Below, one piece after another: positions 1-9,319 of a stretch of 64,000 nucleotides of DNA. This stretch comes from a virus. The translations under genes and the position numbers were made by a program. The notes below the pieces were generated by a model that saw only the letters and a program-made list of their open reading frames with translations, had not been told where the DNA came from and searched no databases. The DNA is taken from IMG/VR virus record IMGVR_UViG_3300027763_000029. The stretch is one strand, 5' to 3'. Each line of letters starts with the position of its first letter. Within the stretch, counting starts at the first letter, position 1.

Positions 1-561
1 ATTGGTTTACATTATGTTAATATTAACTTAATCAAAAACTTGATAGAAGAGAATAATCTACAAATATCTTCTCCAATAGATTATCCCTATGGTTTATTAG
101 ATTCAAAAAATAGGCTATTCGCTATCACTTCTGCCATCAAGGCAGGAGCAAAAACAATTGATATGGTTGTCCCAGCTAAGTTTATTACAAATAGGAAATA
201 TGACAAACTAAGAGATGATATCAAAAATAATTTAGCTTTATGTCAAGAGAGTGGTACTGATCTTAGATACATATTAGAATATAGAGTATTTAATCATGAG
301 ACATTGGCCAAAACTTGTCAAATCTTCAAAAGCCTTGGTATTGAATATGTTATGCCATCAACTGGGCATATGTTAGATGATATTAGCGATAATATCATAG
401 CTTGCAAGTATTTATCGGCTAAATCTCAAATACAAACTATTTGTAATGGTAATATTTGGACAGAAAAACAGTCTGAATCCTTAAGAGGATCAAATATTTA
501 TGGTGTGAGACTACACCACATACCTTCTATTGCTCTTTTTTTGAAAAATAATAGTCTTTGA
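1..561 (+). CDS. DeoC (deoxyribose-phosphate aldolase)-like TIM-barrel protein, 5'-truncated by the window, catalytic lysines substituted
   Basis: Frame 1 is open from position 1. IDYPYG matches GFPLG, GAKTIDMV matches GADEIDMV, LRYILEY matches LKVIIET and YVMPSTG matches FVKTSTG. Confidence 0.7.
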   Translation: MGLHYVNINLIKNLIEENNLQISSPIDYPYGLLDSKNRLFAITSAIKAGAKTIDMVVPAKFITNRKYDKLRDDIKNNLALCQESGTDLRYILEYRVFNHETLAKTCQIFKSLGIEYVMPSTGHMLDDISDNIIACKYLSAKSQIQTICNGNIWTEKQSESLRGSNIYGVRLHHIPSIALFLKNNSL

Positions 562-570
562 CTATGTTTT

Positions 571-580
571 GGGGTATATC
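571..580 (+). promoter_or_regulatory. Variant of the recurrent GGTGTAT motif (GGGGTATATC)
   Basis: Intergenic, 48 nt before ATG 619. The downstream leader resembles the one at 1571-1622. Confidence 0.4.
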
Positions 581-618
581 TTTTAGAACCCTAACCACTT
601 TCAATAATGGAGATTAAA

Positions 619-1164
619 ATGTCTCAAATTCAACAAAACGGCGATCCTAGTACTGGAAACTACTATCAGGGTACATCAACTAACAATAATAGTGGCTCAA
701 TCATAGCTGGTGGATCAAACCCAGTTAGAAATCTTGTTAAACAAAATCCAAAGGGTAGTGATGTTGGAGTATTTGCTTCAGTCGTTGTTAAAAGCGATTT
801 AGTTGGAAATACAAAATCTGTCACTGGTGGTACATTTGCTCATAATCATGTTAAGCCAATTAGTGCTAAAATCACAACTGAGCTAGCTGGTGTAGGCAAT
901 ACTGCTATTCTAAAAGGAGCTGATAAGGTAACAAGAAGTATTCATAAGATTGAATCGTTTACCACCAATAGAACAGCAACTGCTTTTAGAGCTGGTTTCA
1001 ATATGTATACTGGAGCATTCAGTGGGGCTATTACAACAGCTACAGATAGTTTAGGTAATGACGTAGCTGCTAATCCAACATCCGCTGTTCCAGGTAAGTT
1101 GACATATCAGACCGGTAGTAATGTAGCAACAGTAGATTCCTACCACGCCAAGACTTCTGCCTAA
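619..1164 (+). CDS. Hypothetical Gly/Ser/Thr/Ala-rich protein, probably virion-associated
   Basis: GGAG at 609-612 favours ATG 619 over 607. Composition is typical of structural proteins. Confidence 0.6.
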   Translation: MSQIQQNGDPSTGNYYQGTSTNNNSGSIIAGGSNPVRNLVKQNPKGSDVGVFASVVVKSDLVGNTKSVTGGTFAHNHVKPISAKITTELAGVGNTAILKGADKVTRSIHKIESFTTNRTATAFRAGFNMYTGAFSGAITTATDSLGNDVAANPTSAVPGKLTYQTGSNVATVDSYHAKTSA

Positions 1165-1188
1165 TAATTTAACGTAGTATAAACGACA

Positions 1189-1232
1189 TAAATAAGCCAA
1201 TGATGCGTAAGTGTCGTTGGCTTGTTTACTTT
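1189..1232 (+). terminator. Long G-U-rich hairpin with a GUAA (GNRA) tetraloop, terminator-like
   Basis: TAAATAAGCCAATGATGC-GTAA-GTGTCGTTGGCTTGTTTA forms an 18-bp stem with several G-U pairs, followed by CTTT. Confidence 0.55.
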
Positions 1233-1248
1233 AAAGAAAGATAAACAT

Positions 1249-1569
1249 ATGTCAGAAACCATTATCCACTTCTGGGAAAACATAGCAACAACAAGTATTG
1301 GTATAATTGTTACGATGGTTGGTTTTTGGGTGGCTATAGGAAGAAATATGACCACAAAAGCAGAAGTATTAGTCATGATTGAAACTCAATCTCCATATAA
1401 TCATGATCGTCAATTTATTATGGAAAGATTAAATACTAATAAAGAGACTCAAGCTGCTTTCGCTAATGCTTTACAGAGAAATACCGAAGTAATGAACGAA
1501 TTAAAAATTCAGATTGCTATGTTAAGTAAAACCTTGGAAGCTTTAGAAGATAGAATCGAAAGACCCTAA
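1249..1569 (+). CDS. Single-pass membrane protein with a C-terminal coiled coil
   Basis: ATG 1249. Hydrophobic segment IATTSIGIIVTMVGFWVAI and a heptad-like C-terminus. Confidence 0.65.
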   Translation: MSETIIHFWENIATTSIGIIVTMVGFWVAIGRNMTTKAEVLVMIETQSPYNHDRQFIMERLNTNKETQAAFANALQRNTEVMNELKIQIAMLSKTLEALEDRIERP

Positions 1570-1570
1570 A

Positions 1571-1582
1571 GGTGTATCTATA
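1571..1582 (+). promoter_or_regulatory. GGTGTAT motif (putative phage late promoter)
   Basis: GGTGTATCTATA immediately after a stop codon, 47 nt before ATG 1618. Confidence 0.55.
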
Positions 1583-1617
1583 ACTAGTCCAACCACCAAT
1601 TCAAATTGGAGATTAAA

Positions 1618-1839
1618 ATGTCAAGACCATTCACAGATATTACTACAGCAATTGATGAAAATCCAATCAAAAACGGTAGCATGATAGTATCTTCAACATT
1701 TAGAGGTCAATATGGCCTTAATGATACGTATGTTAAAAATACTCCCATTATTTCTGATATTCAAAACAAATATGGTAATAGATTTTATAATGGTATTTTT
1801 GTTAGTGTGATTGATGGAATTAATGGAGGTAATGCATAA
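1618..1839 (+). CDS. Small hypothetical protein
   Basis: GGAG then ATG 1618. TAATG overlap with the next gene. Confidence 0.6.
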   Translation: MSRPFTDITTAIDENPIKNGSMIVSSTFRGQYGLNDTYVKNTPIISDIQNKYGNRFYNGIFVSVIDGINGGNA

Positions 1840-2966
1840 TGAGTGTTACTATTCGTCTAAGAAGAGACTCGTCAACAAACTGGACTACTATTAATCCTAT
1901 ACTCTTATTGGGCGAACCAGGATTTGAAACTGATACAAATAAGTTAAAGATAGGAAATGGAACAGATACTTGGAATAATCTTCCTTATGTTGCTAATGAC
2001 TTTTTAGGCAATAGATATTATGCTGGTCCATCGGTAACTGTTTATAAACCCAATTATGGAGATGTTGTTGACCATATTGAGGATAATCTAATTTTAACCA
2101 GAGGTCTTTGGGGACCTTTATACAACACTTTTTCTGAAACAGAAGTTAATCCGTACACATCTCCGTCTGGAGCAGAATGGAATGTTGATGGATGGGATGA
2201 TTTTAGTGATATTACTGAAAGATCATATACGACATTAAATGATGTTTTGAATAATTGGCAAATTGGTGAAGAAATTACTAATGCCAAATTAGTTATGCAT
2301 GATATTCAAAATGATAAGTATCACAAATTCGATTTTAGTTTCTGGCAACCTGGAAATCAAGAGAATAGTTTAGGTGGCGGTTTTAAATATATCAGAACAC
2401 CACTATGGGTTGATCAGCCAGAAATTACATTCGAGCACACTAGTCATGGCTCAGAAGTTGATGAAATTGATACTGGATTAGTTATAACAAGATCAAATAA
2501 TAAAGGCATCTATAATATCTTTAGCGAAACAGTTTTCAATCCATCGATCAGCCCATCAGGTACAGAATGGAATAGTGAGGGTTGGGGAGACTTAGCCGAC
2601 TTAGAAGGAAGGGAATATCAGACCTTTTATGCCGCATCAAACGGCCATCTTGGTAATCATGTATTAGATAAAGAATATGTGATGCATGATACCATCAATG
2701 ATGAGTATTACAAGATTTATTTTACTAACTGGCAAGCAGATAGCAATGGTGGAGCCGTTACTTATATCCGTCAAAAACTAAATAAGTATTATAAAGGAGA
2801 AGGTATAACTTTCTCTGATGGAACATCTCAAAAAACTGCTGGTGTAGTTAGTGATACTAATTTAGTGCCAAACTCTACACGTATAGTTAATATGGTTAGT
2901 ATTTCTCAAAGTGATTATGACTCTTTAGGAACAAAAGATCCTAGTACATTATATGTCATCCAATAA
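1839..2966 (+). CDS. Tail fibre-like protein: Mtd_N/hyaluronidase-type N-terminus plus two tandem ~120-aa domains
   Basis: IRLRRD..NW...NPIL..GEPGFETDTNKLKIGNG...W..LPY at the N-terminus, a duplicated SPSGxEWNxxGW...VMHD motif, and C-terminal SQSDYDSLGTKDPSTLYVI. Confidence 0.75.
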   Translation: MSVTIRLRRDSSTNWTTINPILLLGEPGFETDTNKLKIGNGTDTWNNLPYVANDFLGNRYYAGPSVTVYKPNYGDVVDHIEDNLILTRGLWGPLYNTFSETEVNPYTSPSGAEWNVDGWDDFSDITERSYTTLNDVLNNWQIGEEITNAKLVMHDIQNDKYHKFDFSFWQPGNQENSLGGGFKYIRTPLWVDQPEITFEHTSHGSEVDEIDTGLVITRSNNKGIYNIFSETVFNPSISPSGTEWNSEGWGDLADLEGREYQTFYAASNGHLGNHVLDKEYVMHDTINDEYYKIYFTNWQADSNGGAVTYIRQKLNKYYKGEGITFSDGTSQKTAGVVSDTNLVPNSTRIVNMVSISQSDYDSLGTKDPSTLYVIQ

Positions 2967-2979
2967 TTAAGGATCTCTC

Positions 2980-5900
2980 ATGGTAGATTTTACAATAGAG
3001 TTCTGGACTAAAATCTCTGGATCGGCTCAAACTAGTTTTTTTGCTATAGGAAATGATACATCATTAACCTACACTTCTTCAATATTAACATTGAAACTAG
3101 CTGGAAGTACCAAGTCGGGAGTAAGCGCTAGTATACCGATCAATACTTGGACACATATTGCTATCACAAGATATAACAATACTGTCAAGTTATATGTTGC
3201 TGGAGTTGCCAAAAGAACATATGTATTTACATCAGATAATATAATAGATACTTCTGGATTATTGACTATTGGAAATGCAAATTCATCGTCTTCATCAAAA
3301 AATATTAGAGGATATATTTCTAATTTTCATATAGTAAAAGGACAAGCTCTATATACTGGAAATAGCTATACTCCATCAAGAGCAGTTCCAACCCCAATAC
3401 TAGGCAGTTCTGTTTTACTAATGGATTTTTATGATAATGATACAAGATATTTGGAAGATATAAGCTCTAATCCAATCTCTAAAACTATAATTAATAGCGG
3501 TTCAGTATTTTCTTCCGATAACCCAGCTGGCGCTGGAAATCCTGGAAGTGCTGATTTTACATCGAGTCCAGCTGATTATAAAATAACAGTATCAAATGAT
3601 GGAGATTTTGCTTTTGATGTTGCGGGAGTGGATCCATCTCCTACTCCAACAGCTACAATAACTCCAACAATAACAAAAAGTCCAACAGTAACACCTACAA
3701 TAACTCCTACTAATAGCCAACCATCTCATGGATATTGTACCTATGAATGGAACTCAAGTGAATCGGTATGGAATAATATTTTAACTAACTGTGATGTAGG
3801 ATATGAGTGCGGTGGTGTCCCAGGATTTAATGGAACATTTAATGGACAAAGAGTAAATGTGTCATGTGTTTATTCTGGCACTCCAGCAGTAACACCAACA
3901 CCAACGCATACTCCAGCAGTAACTACGAGTATAACTCCAACAATTACTAAAACAATAACACTAACTCCTACTATAAGTAGTCCAATAAGAGGATATTGTA
4001 CTTATGAGTGGAATTCCAGTGAATCAGTATGGAATAATATTTTAACTAATTGTGCTCAAGGATTTTATTGTGGTAATCAACCTGGCTTTAATGGAACATT
4101 CAATGGTCAAAGAGTTAATGTAGATTGCGTATCTGAACCAACCTCAACTCCTACTGTAACTCCAACCTCAACTCCAAGTAATTTTGCTCCATATCCATAT
4201 ACAATAAAATATAGAGAAGCTGATGGCTCAAATAATAAGTATGGTTGGGTTGATAATGAAACAGCTTGTACTTTAGAATCAGAGGGCTGGGGAGAAATAA
4301 CAATATATTCTCCAAGTTCAATATTTACTAATAGTATGAGTTTTTATTTGGATTCTTCAGGATCACAAATTGTTAATGTGGTTGCAAACCAATATTATTA
4401 TTATTCAAATGAAAATAAATCATTTATGTGGGTTTCGGGAAATACTATTTCAAATATAGCAGCTTGTAATACTTGTGACTCAGTTGCTTTGGTTGGTCTT
4501 AATGCTAATACGACTTCAAATTCTGCAATTAGTACCCACGGAGGAGGATGGACAGCATCAGCATATTCTACAGAAACTTATACTGGTCCAGTTTCAGTAA
4601 CATTTAAGACATCGGCAAGCGACAATTATTTAATGGGTGGATTCGCTTATACTCCAACTTCAAATTCAGAAACCTACATTAATACAACTTATGGTCTCTA
4701 TATACAGCCAGGATTTTTAGAGATATATGAATATGGTGGTCAAGTTAATGTTCCAGGATCTATTACTAGATCAGTAAATGATATCTGGAAAGTTGATTAT
4801 GATGGAACAAATGTTAAATATTACCAAAATAATACTTTAATTTATACTTCATCAAACCCAGTAAATCAACCACTCCATGTATTTTTTCCTCTTTTAACGG
4901 GTGGAGCGGGAGTTACAGATGTTTGTGTTGTTTCTCCACCATTGCCTAGTCCTACTCCTACTCCGACAGAAACAACCACGCCAACACCCACACCAACACC
5001 AGTCAATCCAAACGATCTAATATTTGATTCAAATTACTTGGGAGATTTTATCTTATTAAGTAATTATAACTGTACAGCCTCATTTACATCTGATGATAGT
5101 GAAAACGAAACATCCGTTTTAACAAACTATAGAATAAGTGATGGGCAAAAAGTAATTTTCAGCATGATAACAACTTATGGAAATTATGATGGTTATACCG
5201 GAGTTGGAATATCAAATCATGATTTTGACGTAAATGACTATATGGGAGTTGATACTAATTCTATAGGATTTTATGACAATGGAGATGTTTGGTATGATGA
5301 TAATGATATAATAAGTTTAGATTTAGAATTTAAAGGAAACAATAATATTGTAGACGTTGCTGTAGATAGACTTAATAATCTGATATGGATTAGGGTAGAT
5401 GGAGGATATTGGAATGGTGATGAAACACAAGACCCAGAGACAACATCGGGAGGAATAGATATCTCTGGTATTTCTGGAGATGTTTATCCTGGTGCTGGCC
5501 CATATGCTTACGATAATATCTTTGGTCAAATTTCTATTAATAATGTAATATCTAATCCCCCATCAGGATTTACTGTATTAAAAAGTTCACATGCTCCTAT
5601 TAATGAAACATTTTTTAGTCAAATATATTTAAGTAATTCTAATATAACTTCTATTAAGCTAGGAAATGATGACGTTTCTAAAATATTTTTAGGAGATGTT
5701 TTAGTATTCGGAGGTGGCCCTGACATCTGTCTCAATTCAACTTCTAGTGTTAAAATGACAGGGTGGGTTTCTGGTGATAGAATTCTTGCCCCTATTGGAT
5801 ATGCTCCTTGGGGACGCGAAACTTATACTTACGGAAATGAAACCGTTCGTTATGAAACTGGTTTATGGCTGTATACAAATACGACAAACGGAGAACTTGC

Positions 5901-6531
5901 TAGAGCATATAGTTACGCAAACTGGCCTTGGCTAGTAGATTGGCCTACCCCGTATGCTGCTGAAAAAATCTGTGTTTCTCCAACTCCAACCCCAACTCCA
6001 ACCCCAACTCCCACCCCAACGCCTGCGGGCTTTGGCAGTTCAGGATTCCAATGGATGAATATTAATTCTGTTACCTCAAGTACAGCATCAGGAATAGGAC
6101 AAAATAATATTACCATATCGATTACACAAAGTAATGGTGGAATGGCAACTCATCCCGGAATGGTTGGTGGATCAACTTTTCCTGAAACTTATGGTGTTCC
6201 ACTTACAGGAACTCAAATTTTAAATAGTCAATATGGTACATTTACAGCAGTTTTTAGTCAACCAGTTACAGATGCCTTAGTTGCATTTGCTAGTGTTGGT
6301 CAACCAGGATTATCAGTACCAGTACAAGTGTCTACTCCTTTTACTCCAGTTTGGAGCATTGATACTACATATCAAAATGCGGTAAATGGTACTCAATATT
6401 CTCAATTTACTGGAGAAGAAGGATATAATATAATCAGAATAGATGGTACAGTAACTACTGTTACTTTCAACTATACTGTTAGTGAATACTATTGCACAGT
6501 TTGCTTCGGATTTGTTGATCAAAATACATAA
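2980..6531 (+). CDS. Multidomain tail fibre/adhesin: LamG-like, Cys-rich repeats, SPRY-like, Pro/Thr linkers
   Basis: DFTIEFW...WTHIAITR...GYISNFHI (LamG-like), PT runs, and DVAVDRLNNLIWIRVDGGYW (SPRY-like). Confidence 0.75.
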   Translation: MVDFTIEFWTKISGSAQTSFFAIGNDTSLTYTSSILTLKLAGSTKSGVSASIPINTWTHIAITRYNNTVKLYVAGVAKRTYVFTSDNIIDTSGLLTIGNANSSSSSKNIRGYISNFHIVKGQALYTGNSYTPSRAVPTPILGSSVLLMDFYDNDTRYLEDISSNPISKTIINSGSVFSSDNPAGAGNPGSADFTSSPADYKITVSNDGDFAFDVAGVDPSPTPTATITPTITKSPTVTPTITPTNSQPSHGYCTYEWNSSESVWNNILTNCDVGYECGGVPGFNGTFNGQRVNVSCVYSGTPAVTPTPTHTPAVTTSITPTITKTITLTPTISSPIRGYCTYEWNSSESVWNNILTNCAQGFYCGNQPGFNGTFNGQRVNVDCVSEPTSTPTVTPTSTPSNFAPYPYTIKYREADGSNNKYGWVDNETACTLESEGWGEITIYSPSSIFTNSMSFYLDSSGSQIVNVVANQYYYYSNENKSFMWVSGNTISNIAACNTCDSVALVGLNANTTSNSAISTHGGGWTASAYSTETYTGPVSVTFKTSASDNYLMGGFAYTPTSNSETYINTTYGLYIQPGFLEIYEYGGQVNVPGSITRSVNDIWKVDYDGTNVKYYQNNTLIYTSSNPVNQPLHVFFPLLTGGAGVTDVCVVSPPLPSPTPTPTETTTPTPTPTPVNPNDLIFDSNYLGDFILLSNYNCTASFTSDDSENETSVLTNYRISDGQKVIFSMITTYGNYDGYTGVGISNHDFDVNDYMGVDTNSIGFYDNGDVWYDDNDIISLDLEFKGNNNIVDVAVDRLNNLIWIRVDGGYWNGDETQDPETTSGGIDISGISGDVYPGAGPYAYDNIFGQISINNVISNPPSGFTVLKSSHAPINETFFSQIYLSNSNITSIKLGNDDVSKIFLGDVLVFGGGPDICLNSTSSVKMTGWVSGDRILAPIGYAPWGRETYTYGNETVRYETGLWLYTNTTNGELARAYSYANWPWLVDWPTPYAAEKICVSPTPTPTPTPTPTPTPAGFGSSGFQWMNINSVTSSTASGIGQNNITISITQSNGGMATHPGMVGGSTFPETYGVPLTGTQILNSQYGTFTAVFSQPVTDALVAFASVGQPGLSVPVQVSTPFTPVWSIDTTYQNAVNGTQYSQFTGEEGYNIIRIDGTVTTVTFNYTVSEYYCTVCFGFVDQNT
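3730..4128 (+). repeat. Two copies of a 46-aa four-Cys module, 261-nt period
   Basis: GYCTYEWNSSESVWNNILTNC...C...PGFNGTFNGQRVNVxC at 3730-3867 and 3991-4128. Confidence 0.85.
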
Positions 6532-6539
6532 TAATAACC

Positions 6540-6550
6540 GGTGTATTATA
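6540..6550 (+). promoter_or_regulatory. GGTGTAT motif (putative late promoter)
   Basis: GGTGTATTATA, intergenic, 51 nt before ATG 6591. Confidence 0.6.
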
Positions 6551-6590
6551 TTCTGATACTGATATATTTATCTTTAATTGGAGTATTAAA

Positions 6591-6929
6591 ATGGTAAAAC
6601 CTGGCTATAAAACTAGTGAATTCTGGTTCACTATGGTAAGTTTTATTTTTAGTGGTTTGTATCTAATGGGTCTTATTGGAGAAAATTCTCAAAAGGAAGA
6701 CCTTATTCAAGAAACAAGCAGAGGTCTAGAAGCTACTATACTTATTATAGGACAATTAACAGTATTATTTAAGTATGTTAAGGGACGAACAGACCTTAAG
6801 AAAACTTGGTGGAGCACAGCAACTCCAGAAGAAAGAAAAATAGCTAATAGTCGCAACTCTAAAAGTAAAAAGAAAAAAACAACTAAAAAGAAACCAACTA
6901 CTGAAATTACAGATCAGGGATTGACCTAA
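6591..6929 (+). CDS. Holin-like membrane protein
   Basis: KPGYKTSEFW N-terminus, two hydrophobic segments and a highly basic C-terminus. Confidence 0.55.
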   Translation: MVKPGYKTSEFWFTMVSFIFSGLYLMGLIGENSQKEDLIQETSRGLEATILIIGQLTVLFKYVKGRTDLKKTWWSTATPEERKIANSRNSKSKKKKTTKKKPTTEITDQGLT

Positions 6930-6940
6930 TTTCTTTCTTT

Positions 6941-6951
6941 GGTGTATTATA
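6941..6951 (+). promoter_or_regulatory. GGTGTAT motif (putative late promoter)
   Basis: GGTGTATTATA, followed by TAAGGAG SD and ATG 6973. Confidence 0.6.
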
Positions 6952-6972
6952 TATTAACAATAAGGAGTTTTT

Positions 6973-7404
6973 ATGGATAGTACAATCTTGAGTATTGAGC
7001 TTTTTTCTAAATTAGAAGATCTCATTAATAAAGTCAAAAAGTCATTAAGTAGTAATAAGTCAGTAGCTGTAAATCAAGCATGGGGAATCTTACAACTTGC
7101 AGTAGCAGATACGGTACAAGTTATAGAAGATAACAATCCTTCTCTTAAAGGGTCAAATAAAAAAGAGATTGCTTTGAATATGATAAGCAATTTTTATGAT
7201 AAAGTTTTCTTAGTAGTGAACATCCCATATGTTCCATCTGCTTTACAGCCTATTATACAAAAGTACATCAAAGCTCTTTTGATGTTATTGGTAAGTTCAA
7301 CTATAGATTCTATGGTTGAAATTTTCAGACAAACCGGTGTGTTTTTGGATCCCAATACTGTTGATCCAAGTGTAGATAATGTACCAAAAATTTCAGATAA
7401 ATAA
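6973..7404 (+). CDS. Hypothetical helical protein, possibly membrane-associated
   Basis: Strong SD, LKGSNKKEIA motif and amphipathic helices. Confidence 0.6.
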   Translation: MDSTILSIELFSKLEDLINKVKKSLSSNKSVAVNQAWGILQLAVADTVQVIEDNNPSLKGSNKKEIALNMISNFYDKVFLVVNIPYVPSALQPIIQKYIKALLMLLVSSTIDSMVEIFRQTGVFLDPNTVDPSVDNVPKISDK

Positions 7405-7419
7405 AACGAGGAATATAAA

Positions 7420-7815
7420 ATGAATTTTACAGAGAGCTTCCAAGAGTTTAGTAGCAAATTGAGCACAACGGATTTGGCTCTTTACGCCGGTGTAGGTTTA
7501 GTTCTATGGGTATTGTTTAAGGATAAGTTAAGTCCAGTACAGCAACTATTGGGTTCATTAGCCGATAGGGTAAAGGGATTATTCTCTAATGGTGGTGTTA
7601 AACTTCCAACAGTAGATGTTCCAAAGGTTGATCCTGTTGTGTTGCCAAAAGTAATAGCTGATAGCAAAGAAGATACGTTCTTTAAGCTAGTAGTATCGTG
7701 GAAACAAACACGAGACTTAGCAGATAAGAGTGGTTGTGCTGAAGCAGTTAAGGTTGCTGATCAAATGTTTCCATTTTTAAGTCCTAATGTTTGTGCTAAG
7801 AAAGAGGAAAAGTGA
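7420..7815 (+). CDS. Membrane-anchored hypothetical protein
   Basis: GAGGA SD and TM segment LALYAGVGLVLWVLF. Confidence 0.65.
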   Translation: MNFTESFQEFSSKLSTTDLALYAGVGLVLWVLFKDKLSPVQQLLGSLADRVKGLFSNGGVKLPTVDVPKVDPVVLPKVIADSKEDTFFKLVVSWKQTRDLADKSGCAEAVKVADQMFPFLSPNVCAKKEEK

Positions 7816-7817
7816 TT

Positions 7818-8312
7818 ATGAAAAACAATAATCTATTACTTATAGTTGCTGGTTTATTGATTCTAGTTGGTCTGGCTAAGTTTGATCTTTCAGGATTTAA
7901 TTTTTTACCAAATAGACCAGTATCTGTTGATGTTCTGGAATTATCCGCACCAACTGATGAGACAGTTAAAAAAGAAGCCGAAGATGTTATTGCTGTTTTG
8001 AAAGAAGCAGGAGTTAAATCAGAAGCTAAAAGACTCAGAGATCTATATCTTGATTTAGCAAAGCTAGTTGAACTTGATGGTGAAGATCAGGTAATTAAAA
8101 GTACCGAAGAAATTCGTCAAGCTAATAGTCTAGCCGGTATCATGCTTAGACTAGATATTAAAGGTAAGTATCCCAATTTAGCAAAAGAAGCAAAAGAAGT
8201 GGTTGTTGCTTCAATTGGTGATGATCAAATTCTATTATCCAAAGAGCTAAGAGTTAAAGCTGTAGAAGGTCTTAATGCTTTAGCTTGGTCTTGTAACGAA
8301 GGTTCAAAATAA
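7818..8312 (+). CDS. Signal-anchored hypothetical protein
   Basis: MKNNNLLLIVAGLLILVGLA. TAATG overlap with the peptidase gene. Confidence 0.65.
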   Translation: MKNNNLLLIVAGLLILVGLAKFDLSGFNFLPNRPVSVDVLELSAPTDETVKKEAEDVIAVLKEAGVKSEAKRLRDLYLDLAKLVELDGEDQVIKSTEEIRQANSLAGIMLRLDIKGKYPNLAKEAKEVVVASIGDDQILLSKELRVKAVEGLNALAWSCNEGSK

Positions 8313-9238
8313 TGCCTAGACTATCTCCAAAAGAACTATACGATAATTATCGCAAGGGATTCAGCGGATGCATATGGGAGCAGCATGTCTATGATCATTT
8401 GATGGAAACTTCAAAGTATCCATTATTTGGTGATGCTAGTAAAAAAATTAGCGGTAGTGGTAAGGGTAAACTCTCAACACCATATAAGAGTGTATTAAAG
8501 TTTGATAAAAATCCTTATAATGAAAGACAAACTACTGGAGATTGTGTGAGCCATGGAACACGAAACGCTTGTGATGTTACGCGAGCAGTAGAAATAGATA
8601 TTGGTAATGAGAGAGAGGATTGGATAGCAAAAGGAGCAACAGAGGCTATCTATGGAGCAAGAGGATTTTCCGGTGAAGGTATGAGTTGCTCTAGAGCCGC
8701 AGAGTTTGTTAGTAAGATCGGTGGAATAGTAGTAAGAAAAAACTATCCAGGTGTTGCTGACTTTAGTAAATATAATGGTAGTCTAGGGGCTAGCTGGGGC
8801 GGTCGCGGATTACCTGATAAAGTAATAGACACAGCAAACGACCATCAAATAAAAACTGCTTCATTAATACGAACAGTAGAAGAAGCTAGAGATGCTCTTG
8901 CTAATGGTTATGGATTAGCAGTATGTTCTAATTATGGATTTAGTAATAGTAGAGATAAAAAGGGATTTGCCAGAACATCTGGTAGTTGGGGACATTGCAT
9001 GGCTTGGATAGCATGTGATGATACTGGTAGTGAGCCAGCCTTTTTAGTTCAAAATAGCTGGGGTAAATGGAATGATGGTGGACATCCAGAATGGGGTCCA
9101 ATTCCAGATGGTTCATTTTTAATTCATGCTGATGTGGCCGCTGGAATGTTGGCAATGAATGGATCATATGCATTTAGTGGTTTTGATGGTTTTCCTCTTC
9201 AAAAGTTACCAAGCTACGGATTTGAAGACTATCTATAA
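8312..9238 (+). CDS. Papain-like (C1 family) cysteine peptidase
   Basis: QTTGDCVSH (oxyanion Gln and catalytic Cys), WGHCM (His) and QNSWG (Asn). Confidence 0.85.
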   Translation: MPRLSPKELYDNYRKGFSGCIWEQHVYDHLMETSKYPLFGDASKKISGSGKGKLSTPYKSVLKFDKNPYNERQTTGDCVSHGTRNACDVTRAVEIDIGNEREDWIAKGATEAIYGARGFSGEGMSCSRAAEFVSKIGGIVVRKNYPGVADFSKYNGSLGASWGGRGLPDKVIDTANDHQIKTASLIRTVEEARDALANGYGLAVCSNYGFSNSRDKKGFARTSGSWGHCMAWIACDDTGSEPAFLVQNSWGKWNDGGHPEWGPIPDGSFLIHADVAAGMLAMNGSYAFSGFDGFPLQKLPSYGFEDYL

Positions 9239-9274
9239 ATCGTAAATTGCTGGTTAACTGATCATCTCTTATTA

Positions 9275-9287
9275 GGTGTATATAATA
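9275..9287 (+). promoter_or_regulatory. GGTGTAT motif (putative late promoter)
   Basis: GGTGTATATAATA, intergenic, 45 nt before ATG 9320. Confidence 0.55.
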
Positions 9288-9319
9288 ATATATCTAGATT
9301 CCTTCTGGGGAATAATTTT

